64,000 bases of DNA from Paragordius varius. Lineage: Eukaryota > Animalia > Nematomorpha. This document shows, one piece after another, positions 11,252 through 25,195 of the stretch. Position numbers and translations under genes: made by a program. Position 1 is the stretch's first letter. Each line of letters begins with the position of its first letter. Location of the stretch: assembly GCA_964247055.1 (NCBI GenBank), contig OZ176058.1, forward strand, positions 1,302,001 to 1,366,000, read 5' to 3'. A model generated the notes under the pieces. It saw only the letters and a list, made by a program, of their open reading frames with translations. It was not told the origin of the DNA and did no database searches.

Positions 11252-11821
11252 GATTCAACTGAACTGGTCACACCTCTACCAACTTATACCCAAGCGACCA
11301 CCAACAATTCCTCCCAAAAAGATTTTATCGACAATAATTTACCATTTAATGAAGCAGTTAATAAAAATGAGGATTATTCAAAATCAAATAAAAATGCAAA
11401 AATGTCGACAAATTTAGCACTAAGTGCAAGATCTCACAAACCCGGATCATTACTAAATAGCAATGAAATCGCGAAAAGAAATTCTTTTAACGTTCCGCAA
11501 AATAATTTGGAAAACGAATTTGAAGATTTTGAATTAAATACTGTAATGGGCGATACTTTTAAGAGAAACGCTTCGAATTCCTTAAAAATCAATAAAAATC
11601 AAATTAAAAGCGAAAAAAATAGCAGTCGAAATGCAGATGATTTTGAAAATGGCGAAAATTTAAGCAATGAAAAAGATCAATCGTCTGATTATGATGACAC
11701 AGATGATGAAAATATGAATGAACCCAAAACAGATGATGGAACAAAAAATAAAGCATCTAAAAATGTTGAAATTAACCCAACTACAAATTCTCTCTTATTC
11801 AAGTGCTGTTCTATACAATGA
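11252..11821 (+). CDS. Orphan terminal coding exon of an unidentified gene; acidic low-complexity peptide ending ...LLFKCCSIQ*
   Basis: Poly-T acceptor tttattttttttgctaatag ends at 11251. A phase-0 frame is open for 190 codons (DSTELVTPLP...; the track lists only the part from ATG 11402). In-frame stops lie just upstream and no upstream exons are seen in the window. Confidence 0.7.
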   Translation, partial: DSTELVTPLPTYTQATTNNSSQKDFIDNNLPFNEAVNKNEDYSKSNKNAKMSTNLALSARSHKPGSLLNSNEIAKRNSFNVPQNNLENEFEDFELNTVMGDTFKRNASNSLKINKNQIKSEKNSSRNADDFENGENLSNEKDQSSDYDDTDDENMNEPKTDDGTKNKASKNVEINPTTNSLLFKCCSIQ

Positions 11822-12000
11822 ATTTTATAGATAAACATTTGAATTTGCCATTTTTTAACATTGTTTTTGACAAATCGCAAAACTTAGCATAATTTGAACG
11901 TAAAACCGTGCAAAAAAGGTGCCAGTGAGATGTTATCAAAAACTTTAAATCAAAATTATATATAATCTATAAATATATACATATATAATCCAAAATATTA

Positions 12001-12502
12001 CAGTATGAGTAAGTATACATTGCTAGTTTTTCATGAACTATTGTCAGATAACATATAAATCAAAAGGCAGTATACCATTTACAGTTCAAATTCACCTTTA
12101 AACAATTCAAATTTACCCTTGAACATTTCAATACCCTTGAGCAAGTCAAATTTTAAAAATAAATTATGTGATTGTTTTCGAGCTAGTATATCTTATTATC
12201 AATATGAAATATATCTTTATCGCATAGTTTATTATTTTTACAATATTATTTTAATTAAGAACACAATTTCTAATTTTTAAAATATACGTTGTTTTTAATT
12301 CGAAACATATGGTGAATTTAAAATGTTAGTTAATTTGAATAGTTCAAGGGTAAATTTTAATTGTTCAAGGGTGAATTTTAATTGTAAATGGTATATAATT
12401 GGTTGATAGTTATTGCTTTATTGTTTTTAACCAATTATAACTTTTAACTGCATATGATATCTGGCAATATTTAAAAATAGCAATACATATTTACTCATAC
12501 TG
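12001..12502. mobile_element. MITE family C (TIR CAGTATGAGTAA), TA-flanked, carrying a nested family B element
   Basis: ta|cagtatgagtaagtata ... tatttactcatactg|ta; a second copy without the insert lies at about 14092-14293. Confidence 0.75.
12073..12393. mobile_element. MITE family B (TIR TACCATTTACAGTTCAAATTCACCC), TA target duplication
   Basis: Long TIRs with subterminal aattcacccttgaac repeats. Other copies at about 20848-21108, 24137-24445, 28423-28762, 37934-38203, 41698-42001 and 53362-53722, with tandem fragments at 54570-55490. Confidence 0.85.
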
Positions 12503-12712
12503 TATATTCATATTTTATAATCCTACCCATCTCACTTTAATATCTACAAGTCATTTTTACCAATTTTTTTATACAAGTTTTTCTTATAAAATTATTTTAT
12601 AGATGTTTATATTTCATAAAGTTCTCATATATCATTCATTTATAGATATATTTTGCAGATTGAATATGCATTAAGCAATAAATTTTTATACGATATTTTT
12701 AGTGATACCTTA

Positions 12713-13978
12713 CAGTAAAAATTATTATACGGACAAAACGTGATTATATAACAAAAGTTTTTTTCAAAGACAACCATACTTTTTAAAACTCTAATTTCTC
12801 CTATTAAAAAGATTTAATAATAATTGTAAAATAGGTAATCGATTGTATTACCAATTAACATATCTATTCCAAACTTTGAAAACATTGTGTATATAAAAAT
12901 CAATTTTTAAAAAGTATGGGGTTGTCTTTTAGAAAAAAATAGTTGTCTTTATATTTTAACATTTTATCCGTATAATTTCAATTTTTACCGTAAATCTGCG
13001 AATATATATGATCCATTCCCTTAAAATAAAAGATGAGAGGCTTTTTAAATAGTTATTTAAACTTTAAGAAATAAAAATAATAATTTTTTTAAGACTAGCT
13101 CAGCTTTTGCTATTTTATGGAAACAATGTTTTGTGTTTAAGATTTGATAAAATATTTTTCAACAGTAAAAACTCAAAAAAGGGCAAATAAATTAATAAAT
13201 GGATACGTACTTTTATAATATTATCTAAAAAAAACCAAATTATTATTGATTTTCCAAAAAGCGAAATCTTAATTACATTTTTACATTATATTTCAACTTG
13301 ATGGATGATATAAATGTTAAATTAAATTTAAATATAGTAAAAATGCAAATTATACGGACACAGCGTAAAAGTATAAAGGCAAATATTTTTTTCTAAAAGA
13401 CTACCATACTTTTTAAAACTTTATTTTTTCTCCTAAAAACTATTTAACAAATTTAAAATATAAAATTGATTGTGTTAGTAGTATATAAATATATTTCACA
13501 CTCTGCCATTAAAACAATGAGTTATATTAATATAAATATATAAAGTATGGTCATTTAGGAAAAAAAATGTCATTATATTTTTACGTTTTGTCCTTATAAT
13601 TTCAATTTTTACTGTATATATACCAAAACAAAAAAATATATCCAATTAAATTCATAAAAATAATTCCTAAGTAAAAACTTTAACATAACAATATAGTAAA
13701 AACTGAAATTATACGGACAAAATGTAAAAACAAGGACAAATATTTTTATTTAAAAGATAACCATAATATTCCAAATCTTAATTTATATTAAAAATTAAAT
13801 TACAATCGTATAATTGATTGCTGGGTTATCAATTTACATCTTTATTTTTTAAATTTAGTTTAAAAAAAATGAGTTTCATTATAAAATCAAGAAAAAAGTA
13901 TTGGTTGTTTTTTACAAAAAAAATATTTGTCTTTATATTTTTACGTATTGTCCTAACGTATAATTTCAATTTTTACTG
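12713..13978. mobile_element. Three copies of MITE family A (about 280 bp; TIR CAGTAAAAAYTGAAATTATACGGACAAAACG; TA flanks; Tc1/mariner-like ends)
   Basis: Copies at 12713-12990, 13335-13614 and 13694-13978; further copies at about 45415-45709, 46023-46280, 59577-59857 and 60513-60775. Confidence 0.85.
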
Positions 13979-14380
13979 TATATTTATAATTTTTAAACCA
14001 ATTTTTGATTAAATAATCCTGTAATTATGGTTTATAATTTTAAAAAGTCAATAATACCTTCCTAATCGTAAAAATAAACTTATTATTTACACTATGAGTA
14101 AGTATACCTTGTACTAGAAAGTTATTAATTATTATTGCCAAATAGCATATATACAACAAAGGGGGCAGTATTATTGGCTTATAATTATTCTTTTCACATT
14201 TTAACATTATTGACCAATAATACTGCCCCCTTTGTTGTATTTACTATTTGGCAATAATCAAACTTTCCAACACAATGTATATTTACTCATACTCCTTACT
14301 TAGCTACAAAATTTCCTAAAATAAAATTATTTAACTAGAATTTCTAATAAAATAATTATACAACCATTTATTAATGAGAT

Positions 14381-14435
<55 letters not shown>

Positions 14436-14869
14436 GTCAACTTATGTAGTCTTTATAAATATACCGTTTTTTAATATACATTTATATATATATATAAAAA
14501 AATAAAACATTTTAATCTAAAAAGTATAATAAATATTAATAAATTTTCCTAAATTCTTGTAAAAATTAGAAAAAAATTATAACTTTCTATTTAAAAAAAA
14601 ATAAAAATATTGACAAATTCATATTTATTTTATAATAATAGAATCTCAATATGAAGAATATAAATTTTACCTAATTTATTATATATATATATATATATAT
14701 GACATTATAACTTTTTCCAATAATTTTGAATTATAATTATAGAATCATTTAGAAATATATTTATAATATATTATATATATATATATATAATTAAACTTTT
14801 TTATCCAAAATAATAAATTTTTATTTTTTTTATAAATATTTATATTTTCATAAATTTATTAAAAAAATT

Positions 14870-15093
14870 TCATTTCAAAAAAGTCATGAGGTATCCAGGG
14901 TTCTCAAGTAATTCCTTGAACCGTAAATAACTTAACAATTTAACTATAATTCCTAATAAAGAATTTTATTAAAACATAATTAACTCTACAAATATAATAT
15001 TGAATTCATTCTATTAAATAATATGTTTATTAATAATTTTTATTTAACAAAAATTAATAAATTTATTTTTATAATTATAGTATCTCAATATGA

Positions 15094-15124
<31 letters not shown>

Positions 15125-15426
15125 ACTTTTTCCAAAGATATAATATATATTAATTTTATTTAGTATATAATTATAGTATCTCAATATAAATAATATATAT
15201 AAAATTATAACTTTTTATTCCAAAAAATATAATAAATATATAAATTTTACGTAATTTTATATTTATTAATATATATATTTATAAATTTAGATTTTTTATT
15301 CCAAATAGTTTAATAAATATAGATAAATTCAAATTTAGAAAAAAAATTTAAAATCCTAAAAAACAATTTAACTATAATTTGTAATCAAATTTTTATTAAA
15401 ATATAACTAACTCTACCAAAAAGTGA

Positions 15427-15465
<39 letters not shown>

Positions 15466-17167
15466 GTTTTTATTCCAAAATTATAAATTTTTATTTTTTT
15501 TATAAATATTTATATTTTCATAAATTTATTAAAAAAAATTCATTTCAAAAAATCATGAGGTATCCAATTCAAATTTATTTCATAATCATAGTATCTCAAT
15601 ATGAAAATATAAATTTTAGGTAAATATATATATATTATATATAATTATTACTTTTTATTCCAAAAAGTATAATAAATATTTTCATAAATTCTTGTAAAAA
15701 TTTTATAAAAACATATTTCATTTCAAAAAAGTCATGATATATAAAATTATATCTTTTTATTTTTCCAAAAATATAATAAATTTATTTTTTTTAATTTTCA
15801 TAATTATAAAAAATTATAAAAATTATTTCAAAAAAGTCATAAGATATCCAGGGTTCTCAAGTATTCCTTCCAGAACCGCAAATGATTTAACAATTTAACT
15901 ATAATTCCTAATAAAAAATTTCATTTAAATATAAACTCTATAAATATTATATTAAATTCATTCTATTAAATAATGTGTTTATAAATAATTTTTATTTAAA
16001 AAAAAATTAATAAATATTAATTAATTATAATTTTTTACTCCAAATAGTTCAATATATTAATAAATTCAAAATTTATTTATATAATCATAGTATCTCATGA
16101 TAAAAAATATATAAATTTTAAGTAATTTATATATATATATAAATAAAATTATAAAAGATATAAATATTAATTTTGAATTATAATTATAGATTATACATTT
16201 CTATAAAAGAATAAATATGGATAAATTCAAATTTATTTATATAATCATATTATCTCAATAAATATTAATATTGAATCATAATTATAGTATTTCAATAATA
16301 TATATATATATATATATATATGATAAATATATATAACTTTTTATACCAAAAACATAATAAATATAATAAATTTTTATTTTTTTATAAATTTTTTCAATAT
16401 TAATAAATTTTTGTAAAAATTTATAAAAATTATTTCAAAAAAGTCTTGAGGTATCCAGGGTTCTCAATCAATTCCTTCCAGAACCGCAAATAACATAACA
16501 ATTCAACTATAATTCGTAATAAAAAATTTCATTTAAATATAAACTCTATAAATATTGTATTAAATTCATTCTATTATATAATATGTTTAAACTTTTTCCA
16601 AAGATATAATAAATATTAATTTTGAATAATTATAAAAAAATGTAAAATCCTAAAAAAACAATTTAACTATAATTTGTAATCAAATTTTTTTTAAATATAA
16701 CTAACTCTACCAAAAAGTGATTAAATAATAAATATACATATAATAAATATAATAAATTTTTATTTTTTTTCAAAATAATAAATTTTTATAATTTTCAAAA
16801 TTTATAAAAAATAATTTTATTTCAAAAAAGTCATAAGATATCCAGGGTTCTCAAGTAATTCCTTCCAGAACCGTAAAAATCCTAAAATAACAATTATTTA
16901 ACTAAAAATTATAACCAATTATCATGAAAATATAATCATAGAAAACATAATTTATTTATGAAATAATCATATAATCATATTTTATCGATATAATCCAAAT
17001 ATATATATATATATATATAATAAATTCAAATTTATTTTATAATCATAGTACCTCAACATATATATATATTTATAGATTGGAATATAACTTTCTAATTCTT
17101 TTATAAATATATATATATATATCAAAGATATAATAAATATTAATTTTAAATTATAATCATAGTATCT

Positions 17168-17206
<39 letters not shown>

Positions 17207-17341
17207 AATGACTTATGTAGTCTTTATAAATATACCATTTCATTTAGTATATAAATATATATACATATACATATATATATTTAATTATAACTTTTTTAAA
17301 GCTATAATAAATATTAATTTTGAATTATAATTATAGAATAT

Positions 17342-17375
<34 letters not shown>

Positions 17376-17665
17376 TAAATTTTCAAAATTTATAAATTTT
17401 TATATAATTTCAAAATTCTTAAAAAATTTTCAAAATTTATAAATTTATTTCAAAAAAGTCATAAGATATCCAATTCAAATTTATTTTATGAATATAGTAT
17501 CTCAATACGTAATTTATATATATATATAATAAATATATATATATATATAAAATTATAAATTTTCATAATTTCTTGTAAAATTTTTATAAAATAAAAAATT
17601 ATTTCAAAAAAGTCATAAGATATCCAGGGTTCTCAAGCAAATCCTTCCAGAACCGTAAAAATCTC
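14870..17665 (-). repeat. Array of stop-codon-end echoes of DBT terminal exon A
   Basis: ttatttcaaaaaagtcat(aagat/gaggt)atccagggttctcaag... fragments at about 14871, 15541, 15719, 15824, 16431, 16818, 17447 and 17600, separated by (TA)n-rich modules. Confidence 0.9.
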
Positions 17666-18117
17666 AACATAAAATAAGTTAACCAAAATTTATAACCATT
17701 TTTTTTTTGAAAAAATAAACACAGAAAACATAAATTATTTATGAAATAATCATATATTCATATTTTATCGATATAATCCAAATACATATATATATATATA
17801 TATATATACATATATATAAATGTCAACTTATGTAGTTTTCATAAATATACTGTTTCATTTAAGTTTACGTAATTTACTATATATATATATATATATATAT
17901 AACTTTTTATTCTAAAAAACATAATAAATATTAATTTGAATTATAATTATAGAACCTTAATATAAATAATATATATATATATATATATATATAACTTTTT
18001 ATTCCAAAAAACATGATAAATATAATAAATTTTCATATAATTCCCAAAAATATATTAAATATTTTTATAAATTTTTTCAAAATTTATAAATTTTTATGAT
18101 TTTTAAAATTTCAAAAT

Positions 18118-18303
18118 TTATTTCAAAAAAGTCAAAAGATATCCAGGGTTCTCAAGCAATTCCTTCCAGAACTGTAAAAATCTAGCAGCTGTTGCGCCAT
18201 CTATAATTCTGTGATCAGCGCTTAAACTAACATACAACAGCGAGTGGTGTGAATGGGAATTTAATCCACTGCAGATCATCTGATTTGCATTTTTTTCAAT
18301 GGT
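18118..18303 (-). CDS. DBT: DBT exon 11 (terminal), copy A
   Basis: tag|ACC ATT GAA ... TTG AAA TAA; TIEKNANQM...[10 protein letters not shown]...LLTFLK*. Confidence 0.93.
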   Translation of the reverse strand, partial: TIEKNANQMICSGLNSHSHHSLLYVSLSADHRIIDGATAARFLQFWKELLENPGYLLTFLK

Positions 18304-18364
18304 CTAAATTTATATATATATATATATATATATATTTAAAAATTTTTAATATTACATAATATAC

Positions 18365-18395
<31 letters not shown>

Positions 18396-18526
18396 TTTTC
18401 AATGGTCTATAAAAGATTTAAAATATATAATTTTTTTAAAAAAAGGATTTTTAATATTACATAATATATATATATATATAATATATATTTTAATTTATCA
18501 TTTTTTTCAATGGTCTATAAAACATT

Positions 18527-18571
<45 letters not shown>

Positions 18572-18620
18572 ATATAATTTTTAAAAAATTATTATTAATT
18601 ATAGATAAATACAGTAATAT

Positions 18621-18658
<38 letters not shown>

Positions 18659-18708
18659 AAAATCTTTGAAAATAAGATTTATATAATAATTAAACTAGTA
18701 AAATGGTA

Positions 18709-18746
<38 letters not shown>

Positions 18747-19270
18747 TTTGTAAAAGCATTATTAATAAAAAAGAATTCGGCAACATAAAAATATATATAT
18801 ATTTCAAAATCTTTGAAAATAGATTTGCAATTTACATTAATTAAAATAGCTGATTTATCATTTTTTCGATATTCTAAAATATTTTAAAATTATATATATA
18901 TATATATTATATATAATTTTTTTAAAAATTATTAATAAAAGAAGTATCAATAATGATTATATTTATATATATATATTTATAAAAATAAAACCCAAATTGT
19001 ATCAATTGAAATACTAGTAAAATGGTAATTTATTTAAAAAATTAGCTGTTTTTGATTATCATTTTTTTCAATTGTCTAAAATTATATATATATATAAATA
19101 AAATTCAGACCATTGAAAAAAATGATCAAAAGCCATTTAAATTAATTTCCATTTTATTAGTTTTTCAATCATTTTTGTTTAAATCTTATTTTCAAAGTTT
19201 TTGAAAGATATATATATATAAAATTTGTTAAAAAAAGCATTATTAATAAAAAAAAGAAGAATTTGGCAAC

Positions 19271-19313
<43 letters not shown>

Positions 19314-19399
19314 TTAAAAAACTTTAAAAATAGGTTTGCAATTTACATTTATAATAATAGCTGATTTTGATTATCATTTTTGTCAATGTTCTAAATTAT

Positions 19400-19451
<52 letters not shown>

Positions 19452-19497
19452 TTTTTTTAAAAAAAAGCAATTATTAAAAAATGAATTCGGCAACATT

Positions 19498-19561
<64 letters not shown>

Positions 19562-19605
19562 TATATAATTTAAAAAAAGCATTATTAATAAAAATAAGAA
19601 TTCGG

Positions 19606-19649
<44 letters not shown>

Positions 19650-19806
19650 AGCATTGTTAATAAAAGAAAATTCAATTTAAATTTATATATTTATTAAAAT
19701 AAAAGATCCAAATAATATCAATTGAAATACTATTAAAATGGCAATTTATTATTTAAATAGCTGATTTTGATTTTCATTTTTTTCAGAGGTCTATTATAAA
19801 TTAATT

Positions 19807-19854
<48 letters not shown>

Positions 19855-20061
19855 TTTTTTTCAATGTTCTAAAACATTTAATTTCTAAAAAAAGTATTAT
19901 TAATAAAATAAGAATTCAGCAACATAAAAAATATATATATATTTTTTAAAAATGGAAATTAATTTAAATAGCTTTTGATTTTCATTTTTTTCATGTTCTA
20001 AAATTTAAAATTATATATATAAAATTTGTTAAAAAGAGTATTATTAATAAAAAGAATTCGG

Positions 20062-20097
<36 letters not shown>

Positions 20098-20601
20098 TCA
20101 AAAAACTTTGAAAATAAGTATCAAATATAATTGAAAAACTAATAAAATGGCAATTTATCTGAATAGCTGATTTTTGATTATCATTTTTTTCAAAGGTCTA
20201 TTATATATTAATTAAAATTATATATATATATATATATATATATTTTAAAATAAGCATTATTAATTAAAGATGAGTTGTAAAAAATAGGCATATATCTTTC
20301 AAAAAAATTTGAAAATAAGGTTTATATAATGTTTCAAGTAAATTGGCAATTTATTCTAAGATCAGCTGATTTTGATTATCATTATTTTCAATGGTCTATA
20401 AAACATTCAAAAAAATTGGTTTTCAACATTCTATAATAAAAATTTCCTATATATATATATATATATATATATTGTAAATTTTTTTGAAAAAAAGCATTAT
20501 TATTAAAAAAAGAAAAATTAAATAACATAAAAAATATAAATCTTTTGAAAAACTTTGAAAATTAGTATCAAGTAATGATTGAAAAACTAGTAAAATGGCA
20601 A

Positions 20602-20655
<54 letters not shown>

Positions 20656-23600
20656 TTTTAAAAAAAGTATTATTAATTAAAGATGATAGTTGTAAAAAAT
20701 AGGTATATATATTTCAAAAAAATAAAATAAGGTTAATGTTTCTAGTAAATTGGCAATTTATTCTAAGATCAGCTGATTTTGATTATCATTTTTTCAATAG
20801 TCTATAAAACATTTTAAATTATATAATATATATATATATATATATATATCATTTACAATTCAAATTCACCCTTGAACAATTCCAATTTACCCTAAAAATT
20901 ATTGAGTTTTCGGGCTGCTAATATAACTCATCATTAATTTAAAATAAATTTTTACGATATAGTTTATTATTTTTTATGCATTATATTGAAACAAAATTTC
21001 ATGTTTTAAAAGATTTTAAAATAAAGGTAATTTTAATTTTTAAAAAAAGATATTATTATTTTAGAGTGAATCTAAATTGTTCAAGGGTGAATTTGAACTG
21101 TAAATGGTGTATATATTATATATATATATATATATTTCAAATGAATTAGAAAATAAGAAATAAATATTATATAAAATAAATTTTTTTAAAATAAAATAAA
21201 TTTAAATAAAAAACTTAATATAAATTAAAAATAAATTACCAATATTTTTCCAATAGCTATGATAGCTACCTCAGGCCATAATATTAACGGTTTCGCATGA
21301 ATTCCACCAATCTAAAGGGCACAAAAAAAATCGAAAATATTTTTAAGAATAAAAATATTTAAATTATACGGACAAAACGTAAAAATATAAAGACAAATAT
21401 TTTTATGAATATAAGTAATTTGCTTTCGAAATTGAAATAGAGTTACATATATTAGTAAAACAATCAATTCTATATAATTGTAACTAAAAAGCTTATATAA
21501 GAAAATTAAAGTTTAAAAAAGTATGGTTAGTTTGTCTTTTAGAAAAAAAATATTTAAATTATACGGACAAAACGTAAAAATATAAACACAAATATTATTT
21601 TTTAAGACAAATTTATATTTTTGTAAATAAAATCCTGATTTATTTCAATATAACTCATTGTTTTAAATGGCAAAGTATGAAATATAAATGTAAAATTTTC
21701 AACAATACAATAATGATTTAAAATATAAAACTTGAAATTTAAGGACAAATCTATTTTTTCTAAATAAAATCTTTATTTTTCTGAAAATACAACCATACTT
21801 TTTGAATCTACGTTTATTTCAATATAACTATTCATTATATGTAAATTTTCAAACAATAATGATTTACAGTAAAAAAATATTTAAATTATACGGACACAAT
21901 GTAAAAATATAAAGACAAATATTTTTTTCTAATTAAAATCTTGATTTATTTCAATATAACTAACTCATTGTTTTAAATGACAAAGTGTGAAATAGATATA
22001 TATATATATAAGCTTATAAGAGAAATATTTACAGTAAAAATATAAAGACAAATCTATTTTTTTATAAATAAAATCTAGATTTATAACAATATAACTAAAT
22101 CATTGTTTTAAAATGTTAATTCATTTTAATTTAACTCATTATCTGTAAATTTTCAACAACAGAATAATAATTTAAATCTAAAATTGAAATTTTTCTTTGG
22201 ACAAAAGGAAAAATATAAAGACAAATATTTTTATTTAAAAGACAGCCCCATACTTTTTAAATCATTTATTTCAAGATAACTTACATTGTTTTAAATTGTA
22301 AAATATGAAATAGAAATGTAAAATTTTCAACAATACAATAATGATTTAAAATATAAAAGTTGAAATTTAAGGACAAAATGTAAAAATATAAAGACAATTT
22401 TTTTTTAAAAGACAACCATACTTTTTAAAATGTTTTAATGCATTTCAAGATAACTTACATTGTTTTAAATTGTAAAATATGAAATAGAAATGTATATTTT
22501 CAACAAAACAATAATGATTTAAAATAAAAAAGTTGATATTATACGGACAAAACGTAAAAATATAAAGACAAATATTATTTTTTAACTAAAAGACAACCAA
22601 CATACTTTTTAAAATGTGAATTTATTTCAAAACTCATTGTTTTAAATTTTCAACAACACAATAATGATTTAAAATATAAAAGTTGAAATTTAAGGATAAA
22701 ACGTAAAAATATAAAGACATATCCATATTTTTTCTAAAAAACAACCATACTTTTTAAATCATGAGATTTATTTCAATATAACTCATTGTTTTATATGGCA
22801 AAGTGTGAAATAGATATATATATATATATAATTAATACAATCAATTCCATATTTTATAATTGTACTAAATAGATTTTATAAGAAAAAATTTACAGTAAAA
22901 ATATAAAAATAAATGTATATTATTTCTAAATAAAATCTAGATTTATTTCAATATAACTCATTGTTTTATATGGTAAAGTGTGAATTAGAGATATATTTTA
23001 CTAACAATAATCAATTCTATATTTTATAATTGTGTAATTAAATTATTTATATAGCATAAATTAAGATTTTGAAAAGTATGGTTGTTTTTTAGTAAAAAAA
23101 TATTTGTCTTTATATTTTTACGTTTTGTCCTTAAGTATAATTTTACTGTATCTACTATAGACAAAACGTAAAAATATAAAGACAAATATTTTTTTCTAAA
23201 TAAAATCTTGATTTTTTTTTAAATATTAACTCATTGTTTTAAAATGTTGATTTATTTCAATATAACTCATTGTTTCAAATTTTCAACAACACAATTATTT
23301 ACAGAAGTTAAAATTTAAAATTATACGGACAAAACGTAAAAATATAAAGACAAATATTTTTTTTAAATAAAAGACAACCAACCCCATACTTTTAAAATTT
23401 TGATTTTTTTGAATATAACTCATTGTTAATTTTCAACAACACAATAATGATTTACAGTAAAAAGTTGAAATTATACGGACAAAACGTAAAAATATAAAAT
23501 CAAATTTTTTTTTTCGAAATAAAATCTTAATTTATTTCAATATAACTCATTGTTTAAAATGACAAAGTTTGAAATAGTATATAAATTAACACAATCAATT

Positions 23601-25144
23601 CTATATTTTACAATTGTAATTAAATAGCTTTTATAAGAAAATTTAAGTTAAAAAAAGTATGGTTAGGTTGTCTTTTAGAAAAAAAATATTTAAATTTTAC
23701 GGACAAAACGTAAAATATAAAGACAAATCTAGTTTTTTCTAAATAAAATCGAAATTTATTTCAATATAACTCATTGTTTCAAATGGCAAAGGGTGAAATA
23801 GATATATATATATATATATATATATATAACTAATACAATCAATTCTATATTTTAAAATTGTAAGTAAATAGCTTATATGAGAAAATATAAATTAAATTTA
23901 GAAAAAAAAATTGTCTTTATATTTTTACGTTTTGTCCGTATTATTTCAATTTTTTCTGTGTATTTACCTATTATGGACAAAACGTAAAATTATAAAGACA
24001 AATCTTTTTTTATAAAAGACAACCAACTCACCCATACTTTTTGAAACTTGATTTTTTTAATTATATATATAATTAATTATTTTAAACTGTAAAGTATAAA
24101 ATAGAGTGCATTTTAATGGTTGCTTATTTCAAATTATACCATTTACAATTCAAATTATACCATTTACTATTCAAATTATACCATTTACAGTTCAAATTCA
24201 CCCTCGAACAATTCAAATTCACCCTAAAAATAAATTATGTGTTCTAGGGCAGCTAATATAACTCATCATTAATATAAAATATATTTTTACGAGATAGTTT
24301 ATATTTATTCAGTATTATTATAATAATATAAAACAAAATTTCATTTTATGAAAAATATAAAAAATAAAGCTAATTTTTAATCTTAAAAAACACATAATTA
24401 ATAAATTAGGGTGAATTTGAATTGTTCAAGGGTATATAAATGGTATTTTTAATCAAGTTTAAAGACAATAAATTCGACTAATCAAAATAATTTATAATAT
24501 ATATATATATATAAAATATTTAAAAAATATAAAAAGCATATAAATCAAAATATTTTTAAAATAAAATTAAAGAACAAAAATTCTAAAACTTCCATATTTT
24601 ATATATATTGAATATTTTCCAAAATTCTAAAAAATTATCTCAAAAATAATTTAAGATCCTAAAAAATTAATTATTTATTTGATTATATATAATAATTATA
24701 TACTTTTTAAAATAATTAAGAAAAATTTAATTTTTTAAAAAATCAATTTTATACCGAACCAATGTTTGAAACGGTGAATGTCCCACCCATTAAATCCGCC
24801 ATCTTAGGTCTTCCAATCAGCCGGCTGTCACGTGTTAGCCGTGCCAAGTCACGTGAGATTTGACCAATAGAAAGGCGTTGAACGCCTTTAACATTTGGTA
24901 CCACGAGGCCTAATTCCACATTTTGAGTATCTATAGCTACTCCTATATTATGTTCAGGCTAAAAAAATAAAATAAAAAAAAATTAAAAAAATATTTTTTA
25001 AATTAATTTATTTGAATTAAACTTTTTTTTAATAAATATAATAAAATAAAAATATAAAAAAATTAATTTAATTTTTCGAAAAAAGGGATTTAAGCTTTTA
25101 TATGTTTATAGAGAATAAACATGCATTTGAACTATAATATATCA

Positions 25145-25195
<51 letters not shown>

